DNA of 64,000 bases from Styela clava (taxonomy: Eukaryota): positions 9,734,001-9,798,000 of the forward strand of contig NC_135259.1 in NCBI RefSeq assembly GCF_964204865.1. Direction: 5' to 3'. Position 1 is the first letter of the stretch; each line of letters starts with the position of its first letter. The notes below the pieces were generated by a model. The model had not been told where the DNA came from and ran no database searches. It saw only the letters and a program-made list of their open reading frames with translations. Shown here piece by piece: positions 13,145 to 25,684 of the stretch. The translations under genes were made by a program, and so were the position numbers.

Positions 13145-16100
13145 TTATTTTTCAACGTAGCACCCCGGGATTTCTGTAGATCGCAATGAAATTTTTACAT
13201 TATCGATTGTATCGATATTAAGAGTTTCGCGAACTAGATCTAATTTTTCATCGTCTGCAACGATGTCCGTATTATCTTCGATTGACGATTCCAAAGAACA
13301 ATTATCATCACCAAAGCTCACGCAACCTGAACTTGATGATGACTTTCGTTGTCGACGAGAAATCACATCATTGCCTACAGGCCGAATTTCTGCATCAGGG
13401 ATTGTTAGAAACGCACTCTTTTCCATGTAGTTGCCATTTGTGTAATCTTCTATTTCAGGTAACGTGTAATAATTTGTAACAAAACTGGCCTCGTTTTCAT
13501 CGATTTCAGCCTCAATAACGCAGCTCAGCCCGGTTTGGGATATATTGTCACAATCCGATGAACTTCTTTTGCTGGATTCCGAAAAACCAGAGTCGGTGTT
13601 CGTATTTTTTTCTGATGCCCGAGGACATTCGAAGCTGCTGCAATGCGAATCTACAATACCAGTTTCAAATCCAGAATCTTGCTGATCCCATGATACATCG
13701 TCTGAATGAAGCATGTGTGCGATATCTCTATTTTTTATTTTATCTTGTAGTTGGTGAACATCAGCAGAAGTTTCTCTTGGTTTTGATATAAGATCGACTT
13801 CTTCCTCGGTTGTGTTCATGACTTCACAGCCCGTAAGCACAGAAATATAACGATCAAATTCATTGCTTTCTTTTTCATATATACTTTCTGAAAATTGAGA
13901 ATTCGATATTAAAATCATGTGTCATAAATATATAACCCGATAGATGTAATACGTAGTCGTGGTCACTGAAAATTTTTGTGACTATGAAACTCTTTGCCTT
14001 CCCCGTGTAAAGTTGGGTTACTTATATATTTATTAACCTCATTTATTTATTTCACTGACACAGTATATTTTATTTAAATATAAATAGGTATTTATATATA
14101 TTAGGTAAATATATATATAGGTATTTGGAAAATCACTTTTAGACTTCAGTTTGTTTGGTATTTCTTTCACACATTCGTAATGAATACTTTCAAAATTAAC
14201 ATCATCGACAAAAGCACAATCTTCCGTATTACGAGCAACAAATGAATCCTGTAAAAAAATGTAACATTTATAAATATAAGTATAAATTGTGGGGATAGAG
14301 AGTTACAACTTAAGAACATTGTGCTACAAGACGGAGCTTAAACATTTAAAGTGAACAGAAATGAACTAATAACCCATATATATATTTATATGTATTATTG
14401 GCCATTATTAATAAGAACGATAAAGATAGTCAGAAAAAGGTCAAGACCTTTGGTGGCATATACAAAAAGGTAACTTTAAGCAAGGAACACAGAAAAAATT
14501 ATCAAAAAATAAAACTTTCCACGTCCGCACATCTTTTGTACCTGAAACGGCATAGATACAAAAACCATTTACATTGGTCCAGATTACTGTGTAATTTATT
14601 ATATTCTAAAAAGAATACCTTTTTGTTTGAATATAATATAAACGTTTTTTAAGTAATATCCCGTTTCACAATTAGGATTTACATATTATTATTAGAAAAA
14701 CAATTTATTTTTATTTCATTTTAATGCGATTCTCAATAATCTAATCTCAAAATGGCGATTAATTATGCCCAGAAGGCGCTCGCGTCAACCACCAAATTGA
14801 CAGTCGGTCGGGAGTTCAAGACGGCTTTGTTTAAAATGAATGAAGTTGCATGCATACAACTGAAAAAACTGAAATTCAGTTCTTTCGAAATATGTTTGAC
14901 TGCCAGTTCATTGATAGTTTTTCATAAAATTCCATGGGGAAATGCTACTCTATGAAATTAACTGTTGAATAAATTGGGCATCAAAATATAATTACCGGCA
15001 ACTCTTTGATTGAAGCTTCCAAAGAAGGTCTACATCTAGCTACAGATTTTCTATATTTCCACGTGAAAAACACAATGATGAGAAGTATGGTTGATATTGA
15101 TAAGGTTATAACAAGTGTTTTCCACGTGACATTGGATTGACCCAAGTAACAATATTTGTCTGAATGATTTAAGAGGAGACTAAGAACTAACAATGACCAT
15201 TTGCATGTTACGAAAGTAAAGGGTGCTTCTAAAAATTATGGTATTTTGCAGCAGATAAGAAAAAAAACTTCAACATAGACGCCTAAAATTTTTTCCTAGT
15301 GAACCTCACCACTCATACCTTTGGAATTGGGTAGTTCAACTGGATACTTTGTTTGGTAAAAGTTAGTACATAGAAAACAAATACATAGTAAATTAACAAA
15401 GTTGAGCTTTCCGCTGACGCAGTTTATAATCACGGAGCAAGATTCATAAGCTTGCGGTGTAAGTAAGAGAGCCAATTTTTTGTATGCTTTTATTTTTATA
15501 AACCGCAAATTTTGTGGAAGGCATTTAATTTTACATTCGAAAGAAGATTTTAAAAACACTTCATAAAATAAAAATTGGTATATTATTCTTGAGGATTACT
15601 TCCAAGCTATATGTTTTTGTATTGAAGATTATATACTCTGGGGATCTTATAAGCTAACTCGATTACGCTTCATTAATTACAGCGTTTAATATCAAGTGTA
15701 TAGTAGTTCTTTACGAATGATAATCTTGAAAAAAATATAAATGAAAGATTTTATTATACTTTCTATAAAAAGATAAATTCGCAAATCCCAACCTACCATT
15801 GTTGCAAGGTCTTTGACATATTGGATTCGAGCTCCATTTGTTATCATATCCTTTTAGTCGTGTGAAGAAACACATAGTCTCTTCACTATTTCGTTTATAC
15901 CTTGATAAAATATGCTCGGTAATGTTTTTTGCTGTAATATTTTCTAATAGATCGCATCTCTTCAATGTTTTCCCAACAAGAACGCTGTTTTGGTTTTCGT
16001 CTTGTTCAATCCCTTTGACGTCTCGAGAAAATTCACTGTGTGATTCATTGCCAGTTTGTACAAAGTCAGAAGGGGCGTGGAAAAAGCAAAAATCGACGCT

Positions 16101-19100
16101 GTAAAATAAGATAAAAACAATACAATTTAATGTATTATTTATTGATTCGTGACCCTTCATAATGGCGCCAACAATCGGGATACATGACTAGAAAAATTAG
16201 AAAATAACCATCAGAAGCCTGCGGTTATATATTCACAGATTTTTAGAACTGGTAAATGCAAAAAAAGCTTGATGGTCCGAGTCAGATGGGTTTCACAATC
16301 TTTTTCGAATTTTTTCTTTGCTCCATTCCGATCGGGACACGGTCAAGAATTTAATTAAAATGTCGCAAACTGTATTATATAGCTCACTAACAATCAAAAT
16401 TGGAAATTCTATATCAGTTATTTTCACGATTCGTACATGAAAGCTGAAACCACTAAAACATCTTCTTGTAGATGTTCCAATCTATTCGTTCTTGAATATT
16501 TGTAGCGAGTCAAAGCAAAAAATTGCTACGTTAATGTAGCATCATGAAATTATTTTTACTGACATCATTTCGAGATTATTTCATAAATTACCACAAATCA
16601 TACATGCAATTCGAAAAATTATTTCCGTAGAGTTGCCTCCTACATGTGTCGTATTTAGTTACGACTCCATCAAATATATTTATTAAATAGTATATATTAT
16701 TGAGCTTTCCGTCATAAATATATTTTGGGGTGATTTTACTCTGAAAATCGATGAAAGATCGAGTCGTCGGAACGTACATTGATGAGTCAGAGAAAATATT
16801 GACTTGACTTCAATATCATGCTTCATAGTGATCATCAATCTTGTGCCTTCATTTTTACCGACGGACCAATACCGATTACTCTTTGCAAGCTTCCAAAAAG
16901 CAACCGAGATTTACTCCGTTCATGGCACTTTTGTTTTACGGTACGGTATGTAAATTTATTAGTGAGAGTTGAAATGAAAACACTGATTATAGGATAAAAT
17001 AAAGTTTGACAAGAAGACATGGCGATTTGACGTTCAAAGCAATTTTCGAGTTTTCGATCAAATTAAAAATATCAGTGCTATTAAATATCGGCTGATACGA
17101 TATTTAGAACAGACATTCCAATTGGAATTGGATGCACGATCACGTGAATCAAAATGTCAAATATTAAGAAAATACATAAAAGTTGTGAAAGTGGAAACGT
17201 TGTGTATGATTAAGCATACGATCCAACTGTTTCTGTTTTGACATACCACATTGACGACATTATTATGTTTTAATTTTAACAGAAATATTCGTCATATTTC
17301 AAATCTGCGAGTCGAAGTTTCCTGAATTTCAATTTAATATTTGCAAGTTGATCTATATCTTAATTTATGAATAATTTATTTGATGTGAACCGTGTCGCGT
17401 AATAGTTCTCGCACGAAACATGTATTCATTTCAAAAAAGAAATGAACGCTACTAATATTTGAGCATATTTTTATATAAAGTATAGCGTATAACTGTACTT
17501 TACACTTTACAAATCATTAATTTATTATTCTGCTGCCAACTGCAATTTAGCGAACAAAGTATTTAATGCAAAATAAATTGGCAGTATAATTCGCAATATA
17601 TGCGACGAAAAGTATTATAGATTGCATTATACCCGTCCAAAACAATGTGGTATTATTTTCTTTCCATTACCTGTCCATAGGAGTGACCTTGCCCAGTAAT
17701 GTCATTTTAGTGTTACATAAAATGATGTTTACAAACAATCTAAGGCGTCGATGGAATAAGAATTTCCGTGACGGATTTTAACTAATAACATGTTGATATT
17801 ACATAAAGTCATTGTTGTGATAAGATATACCGATCACTTGATCCTATCTTGTTTATTAATTCAAGTCAGCAAATATGAAAAGTTCCATATTTAAACATTT
17901 GTGTATAAACAAAAGTCTCACCTTCTCTGTGTATACGTGAGGCAGAAAGATGCAAAATAACAACATCATAAAAGTACAAAAATTTACGAAAATAATCAGA
18001 AAATATCACTTACGGAGGATAAAAACTGTCGGTTGAGAGGGGTTGGTAAATTCCTTTGATCGATATAATACCACGAACCAGTTCTTTGCATGGAGTTCTA
18101 TCTGTTTCACTGCACCATTTCAATTCTTCTTGATATTCTTAAGGAAAGACATGATTTGCTGTTTAGTCCAACATGGATTAAAGTAGATTATGTTTGTATT
18201 CATATATATTAATGAATTCCGGGCGCTTTAACTTAAGTTTCTTTAAAACAAATTCCTAATCAGCGTGCAATAATTGAAAGATTTACTCTGTAATGCAGTT
18301 GTAAAACTAGTGAGGTTTTGGGTGGCACTTTCTAACGAATTTGGTCGTATTACTTATGATCTGAAACTTTATATTTTTAATAATTTTGATCATATTTTCA
18401 TACTTAAATGCAACAAAGTGTATATTTTTATATGGAAATATAATCCGTCTTATATTGTTTAGTGATGGATTGCACACGCAAAAAAATGGTTCATCAATTG
18501 TCTAAAGCGCTGAATTAAATATTCATTCTACCATGAGGACAGCACGTGCCCCTGAAGTACATACCAAACAACTGTAATTCACAATAATGTCCAGATTTTC
18601 TCATTGGCAGGTAAATAAAAAATACTTCGTCCTTTTTCCTCTTCGGCAACATGCAAGTACTAGTTGGGGTCATTCGGCAACAATCTCCAACACTTCGCCA
18701 ATTTTCTCCAATTTCTCTATATGCAATTAATAAAACATGCAAATAAGTTTAAGTCAATAATTAAGGACATTGTGGACGCGCTCATGTTTACATTCTAACT
18801 TTAAATGAGGCCACATACAAACTTGGTATCGGCCAGAGAAATATCGTCCTAGACAAAATAATTAAATAACTGAATCAGGTCAAAGCATATATCAAGTTTG
18901 AAGAAGCGTAACTTCCAAATTCATGACTGAGAATAATGACACAAACAAAAATTATTTTACATGAAGACATACATTACAATGCGTACATGTAATAATAACC
19001 AAGGATAAGTCTTCTTATTGGGTTTAATTATTTTTTTATCCTTTGAAAACCGAGACATTTCTCATATTTCGAGCAGTATATACAAATTATTCTGAATTAC

Positions 19101-19646
19101 CGCCATTGTGGAAATATAAAAGATATCAATCAAGCTAACATAAATCTGCTTACGAAATAATAGTATACGTCAAATTCTGTGCATAGTCCCCTTTTTCATA
19201 AATGTCAATCCAAAACTTGACGTCATCTCGAGATATGAAAAGATCTTGATGTGAAATACCAGTACAGTCTGTCATATCGCCATCGTCTAAATTAAAAAGG
19301 TATATTGCAATTTTATAACTACAAGTAATTATATTATACAGTATTTCCTATCGAATTAAAATCAAAGTCATATACACAAGTTAGCATGAACTTACTTGGG
19401 GGTGAAGGTACTTACTGTAGTGCAATTTGTTCTTATTTGTAACCAAATAATGCTCAATTAACAAAACATAACAAGACTCAATTCTGAAAATAAACAACCA
19501 TCTAAAGCTACAAACTCACAAAGTTTTTTCTTCAAGCAATCTTCGACTTCCACTTTACACATGTCTCCTTTGTAGCTACAATCAATATCCGCGTTCGTAA
19601 ATTTTAAGAAGAGAAGAACGATGAGGGTCAGACTCTCTTTGTTCAT
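13145..19646 (-). CDS. Type I transmembrane cytokine-receptor-like protein, paralogue A (618 aa, 8 coding exons)
   Basis: Exons: 19646-19520, 19286-19154, 18716-18565, 18137-18014, 16098-15797, 15159-14996, 14248-14137, 13887-13145; total 1857 nt, open to the stop, GT-AG introns with phases 1,2,1,2,1,0,1. Signal peptide MNKESLTLIVLLFLKFTNA, Cys-rich ectodomain, TM LVITLSISTILLIIVFFTW followed by KYRK, about 305-aa Ser/acidic tail. Gene structure is confirmed by the paralogue; family assignment is by motif only. Confidence 0.85.
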
Positions 19647-19704
19647 ATTTTCTAAATTACTAGTTTATTAAACATCATAATTTATACATACCATAGGTTA
19701 AAGA

Positions 19705-20045
19705 TTTGCAATCGGTTTTAATAAGGAAAAATATAAGTGATATAGTTACAGAAAATATAAATTTTTGTCTCCATTTTGTTTCGGATAACTTGTCAGTATT
19801 AGTCTATATTACTGTGGGAATAGCATAAAATTATACAGAAATACAATTCTTGTGGGAAATATTATACCTATCATATTATGTTGAAAAAATTGCAATCGGT
19901 TTTAATAATGAAAAATATAAGTGATATAGTTACAGAGAATAAAAATTTTTGTCTCCATTTTGTTTCGAATAACTTGACAGTATTAGTCTATATCACTGCG
20001 GAAAAAGCATAAAACTAAACAGAAATACATTACTTCTGGGAAATT
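19705..20045. repeat. Local direct duplication of about 183 bp upstream of the paralogue A start codon
   Basis: ttgcaatcggttttaataa.gaaaaatataagtgatatagttacaga... occurs at about 19705 and about 19889. Confidence 0.88.
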
Positions 20046-20479
20046 TTACCAACGTTTTACTACTAATACAAATCTAATTAATAATCATGCTATAAGAATG
20101 TCCAAGCACATGCCCAATAGTTACATGCCTCAACACAAAGCATCAGCACATTTCTTGTTGAACCCCGTTACAAATTTGAGAAATTATATATTACGATCGA
20201 ACTATTAATGTCAATCACTTATTTGCCTAAATCTCTTTTTTTCGTTTTGACAATAAAACGGGCTTCTGAATATCCCCGCTATATACTAATCCAAAATCCC
20301 CTCGCATCTGCTCAACTTTACTCTCATTAAATATGTGACATGAATAATCGCCCAAAATCTAACGCATAACTAAACAAAACAATAAATCTATTTATAATGT
20401 TATTAGTTGGGACGGGCTGATAATCGTGTTGATTTGTCTATTATCGTGACATTAGGTATTTTTATGATAAGATGGATAA

Positions 20480-21330
20480 CTTCATTCAATGTTTATCAGC
20501 TTGTAAATTTATTGTTGGTGGTTTCTGGAATAAGAATCGTGAAGATTTAGTCTACCGATAAACGCTTCAAAATCACGTTAGATTTTGGGAAAAACAATTA
20601 ATATTATTACAAACCCACAGATTTAAGAGTGACAATACCAATAGTAAATTATCTGCGTCACTGTCGAAAATTCCCACCCAACAAAAACATGATATTTTGA
20701 ACACGTTTGCCAAATAACATACAACGAAGCATAATATTACATGGTAATATAAAACCGCATATTTGAAGCGAATGTAAATACGTGGCAATCCTTCGAATCC
20801 CAAATTAACAATAAACAAATTCACCACTATTAGTCGATCTTATCACGATGTTTTTCTACTCAAAGCTCGGTGAACAACATGTAAATAGAATTAAATGGTG
20901 GCCAAATATGGCGGTCAGCTTAATTTTTTAACATTAACAAAAAGAACAATAGTGTTTAAATAGAAAAATAAGATAATTATTGGGTATTCCCGTAGTATTT
21001 GTACCAGATTAAGGTGAAGTCATAATTTCATTCCGATTTTCCCTATTTTAGTTCTAGTGCGAGTTCGGGGACGGTTTGTGGTCGCCAAGCAAATATACCC
21101 CCTGCCATAGGCTTTCGTCCTTTTACACAACTTGGTGTAAAGTAGGTACACATACTTCTGGAGCGCCAATTATTGTGCACAATTTTTTTTTTTTTTTGTA
21201 ATAATTTTAATTTAAAAAGTTACAATTGTGAATCATTACAGGAAGAGTCATTTGTGATGTAAAACTTTGTGATAAATTCAAATACAGCCAATCAACCTCT
21301 TGGGAGATTTCTGTTTATTCCGACCTGCTC
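20480..21330. promoter_or_regulatory. Putative promoter/5' region of paralogue A, conserved with 41210-41900
   Basis: Non-coding block alignable between the two gene copies. Includes gccaaatatggcg (YY1-like, 20901 and 41651) and ggtttctggaataag. Function is inferred. Confidence 0.4.
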
Positions 21331-23144
21331 CAATCATTATTATTTTCTAATATTATCCCCTCGTTCATTACTAGTATTCTGTTAATTTTACACCTGATTT
21401 GATTCCTTTTGACAACCAGAAAGATGGCATGATATGTTAATATATATTTGGGTTACTAAATGCTTCAACAAAGGCTATGTAGTCATACAGGGACAATCGC
21501 TACAGCATTCCCGAGACTAGATATGAAAAAGACACCGCAAAATACATATACATATATATGAATTTAAGCTCATTAACAAACTGCGCCGTCTTCGTCAAGC
21601 ATAAAAATAGTTTTATAGTTTGACATTTTTTGAGAATTTTTCCAAAATTGAGACAAATCCCAGGGGATAAAATTTATTTTTACGTATTAAGTATTTTTTT
21701 TTCGAAAAAGACTATCGACCCACAGATTCTACATTAAAATTTCATCATATTTTGTTACGTGACATACAAATCAGAACAAAAACTACTTGCCGATCGTAAT
21801 CTGCATTCATACATAGAATACCTTACTAAAGTATGCCTATACAAAGAAAAACATTCTTTAAAAGCCGAGCCTCAAGTTCTTGGATTCAAAGACGACAAAA
21901 TTGGCCAATAAATGAGGTAAACTTGGTAAATCTGCATAGTGTGACTACGTCAGCCTTGTGAAATTGGTTCATTGAATCTTTAACGACGAGATCCATTTCC
22001 ATGTTTGATTATGATCTACTACAGATGAAATCCCATCAAAAAGTAATATTTCTAGTGGAAGCCGAGTATAGCTCACTCATAAGAACACACATTGCTCCGA
22101 ACCGACCGCAAGTTTGTTGCTTGTACCAGCTATGGTGAATTTAATAATAGATGAAAGTATCAACGCCCATCCACTGTCTGAAAACGCGCCCATCAGCTAT
22201 ACGAAGATGAGTAAATCGTATTATACAGTATCAAGTGCGTATGACTAAAATCGTGAGTCATAACATTATATATTAAAACAAAATATGCGAGTGAGAAAAA
22301 GGGATTTTTTCACATGGATATTCAGAAATTATCTCAAAGTTTTTTTGCAAATTTAGAATTTGTGATTAATAAGCATATTTATTGACGAATTTTTTCGTGT
22401 TTTAAATTCATAATTAAAGGTGGGCCCATCCAGCAGCTATCTCTAACTAAACACGGGACTACAGTATATGTATTTTTTAATATATGATTTGCTGAAACTT
22501 CCCGATAAGCTAGTCTTTAATTACTATGCTACAGAGATGAATTTCAATGCCTCAGTAATGATTTATCTTATTTGTACGCCACAATCGGTAATCGATTAGC
22601 AGTCAGTTGTCATTTGAGATCGTTTTTCAACAGGATCAATCACTTTATAATTCGAACGCCTGTCATTGCTTCAACGGGCGCCTTCGACGTGGATTACATT
22701 TCTTATGTTGCAAATTACAAATTGCTATATAGGTTATCGTTTTATCTCGTCAATTTTAACCACATTTGACTAACATTGTACTGAAATTTGGTTAACATAT
22801 CAAATTACTAATAGTTTTCGATAAATTAAACTTGAAATTTGATGTTCAGGTCGCGACAAGAGCTCAAACAGTTCCTGATTGACAATCACTGTCAGATTAC
22901 CTTAGGTATGTAACTTACAAAAAGCAATTTTCGAGCAGCTAATTGAATCTGCACAAAACTCTAATCATTTATTTTGATTACAATAATAGATTTGAATGCG
23001 AGGATGACCAGATGGAGTATAATATGATTCTTTCTTGCTCTACACTCACTTTATAACCTGGAAATGTGATATTGCAATCTATCAGTACTTGAGACTATCT
23101 ATTCAAAAAACTAATATACACAATATGAGCCAAATGTGGGGTCA

Positions 23145-24030
23145 TCAAATTTTTTATATCGACAATTTCAACCTCGCATAGGTTTGCAAACATACTTTAA
23201 TATCCTTAGAAATACGAACCGAACGATCTCGTCGACGAGGCAACACAGACATCCTGTTATAGGAACTCTAAACTATTATATACAATACATCACGTTATAT
23301 TTTTAATTCGTTACAGTTTTTTTTTCGCAGACAAAATAACGGAAAATTTATCTTACTCACTAGTAGGAAATTACTCTCTGCTACGACGAATTGGCTGTCA
23401 GATATTCACCGCCATGTGTAGCATTTTTTCGGACGTGCATTATTGAGCAGAGATTTTAAATTGCCAGGCATGAACATAACATACCGTTATAAGATTATAA
23501 AATGACGAACACTCTCCACTAATGCACATTGCTTTTAATCTCAGAATATAAAATACGCACTTCGATCTAATTGACCCATAAATTTAATATCTGTTTAGCC
23601 CGCAGTCAATTCATAGACTTTGAACTTATCACCTATCGAAATGGGCAAAAACTAACATTTGAAAACCCGAATTTAAATAAATTTTCGAGCAATTCAGATT
23701 ATGTATTGATCCAAAATAAGATTATTATTTTGCTAATTCTTTTCAGTATTAATTTTCCATCATCCAATGAAGTTGTCCTAGATCTATTACTACGTGTTTG
23801 GATAATAAACGATTGGAAACACTTTTACGGTGCAATATTGAAGTGGATCGGATATCACACAAGTATCACGCTTTGCTGTGGTGTTCTCCCATAATTCTAT
23901 CTGCAGTTTTCATTCGAAATTTCAACACAAGTTGAGATATTTTACTGTTTTTCTAAAGTGAAGCAATTGAGCCGTCCTGGACTAAAAGCTAATATTTGCC
24001 TATACGGTTATAAGGTCTCTATGATTAACA
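23145..24030 (+). repeat. Interspersed repeat (same family as 5190-6010 and 45300-45680)
   Basis: Direct similarity seen across several 20-30 bp blocks. Confidence 0.85.
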
Positions 24031-24324
24031 ACCGTATAGTGTGAAATATTTATCTTAAACATGAAAATACGCAACAATATCTTATCTCATCAAATCATCA
24101 AAAATATTAAAAAATCTCTCTGAACTGGTCTTTATATTGTTTTCAATAACAGTATACCAAGAACTGCATAATTTCCCTTTCACGTATATTTAGCTTCTTA
24201 TTGCGACCTTTACAATACTACTCTTTGCTGTTGCAACATTGCCAACTGACAATGCCCCTAAATCTGGATTCGCCCTCTTCTACAATGCCGTTGCATCAGG
24301 CATGTGCGACATCGGATTCATCGA

Positions 24325-24565
24325 TATTTTTACTTATTGAGCATGTTGATATCGGTAAATATGTAGGTATTTGTTTGTCTTTTAGACACTTTCGTATGTA
24401 AGCGATATCTCATGAAAGCGAGGTTTGTTCTGCAACAAATTTTGCATGTGCATTCATCATATCTCGGACCAGAAGCTTATTGATTTTGGATGACACGCGG
24501 TGTTGCTATTGAGTCAGAGCGGGGGAATCGAAACCGCAGTTTCTGTTTTGGGGGATTTCCCAACT
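24325..24565 (-). mobile_element. Short interspersed element, possibly Helentron/DINE-like; same family as 49040-49295
   Basis: Shares cctcgctttc.tgagatatcg, cccccaaaacag and gataagtaa/aataagtaa blocks with 49040-49295 in opposite orientation. Class is inferred. Confidence 0.55.
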
Positions 24566-24627
24566 TCCGGCGCTGCGAACGATTGTGTGCGTAACAATGC
24601 CCTGTCTGCGATGTGGAGCGTTTAGCT

Positions 24628-25331
24628 CAGTGGTTCTCAACCTGTGGTACGTGGGAGCTTTTCAAGTGGTACGCGAGCAGATTTAAATTATTGCAACAAT
24701 TAACCCTACAGTTGGCTAAAATCTGCCGGCAACGCTTTATCTTCCTTACTGTATGTATTCACTAAACAGCGTTTATGGATGTTTACCCAAGCATCAGTTT
24801 ACTGGTTCATTTCCGTAACCATACCCAATCAGCAATAAGTCAATAATGACGCAACACGTAACAATTGCAATTTCTGCACCCAGCCGGCCAGACACTTCTG
24901 TCGCCCAAAGAGATATTCAAGCATGGTTGCAAACATGTTTTTGTAGTTTTGAGTGATATTTGTCAGTTTTCGGTTGTGTTTCAAGAAAATAATTGTGAAT
25001 TAATTAACTTAATTGTAATTGTGTCTTCCGCGGAGCTTTAAACCTTTGTATATCAGTACCTGCAAACGACACATGGTTGATTAATTTTAATAAAATGATG
25101 GTTTCAAACACGTAAACCAGTTTTTATGCGCCAACACATCAAAACATTTTCCGAATAAGCATAAAGTTTGCAATAGTAAAGAATAGGGATAGTGCCTTAT
25201 TATGAAATACTTCCATAGCCCGTTTCTTGTGTCTTTTTCTTAACCCCACATAAGGCGCTTTGTTGGTGGTACGCGGCCATAGTAAAAAACAGTAAAGTGG
25301 TACGCGGTCAGTAAAAGGTTGAGAACCACTG
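24628..25331. mobile_element. Non-autonomous hAT (Charlie-like) element
   Basis: TIR cagtggttctcaacct...aggttgagaaccactg; perfect 8-bp TSD GTTTAGCT at 24620-24627 and 25332-25339. Confidence 0.93.
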
Positions 25332-25684
25332 GTTTAGCTATTTTGGTTACACGGCGCTACGACTTTGTAGGGCTGGTGATGGCCGGTGTATTGTCCCAAA
25401 TTGTCGAGTAAAATATTGAACATGTGGAAGATCGATAAGTCGGTGGTCTCCAATCGCTATCTAGTTTTAGTGTCAATACAACAGCATGTCCAAAAAATTG
25501 GTTGGAATATTATCGATATGAATTGAAACATTATCCGGATTCAATTGACGTTTATACGATACCCTTGTCTCATTCAAAGCTCAATCGCGCTATATTTAAT
25601 AATGATTGACCCCAAAAATACATAACAGATAAATTTATTAATAAGTTATTTAATTTTTTCCACACCTGGATTTCTGTTTATGTA

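Noticed and set aside
17280-17820. Conserved intron 4 blocks as possible extra receptor exons
   Set aside because: In the part I translated they contain stops and a frame-breaking indel between paralogues, and exon 4 already joins exon 5 in phase.
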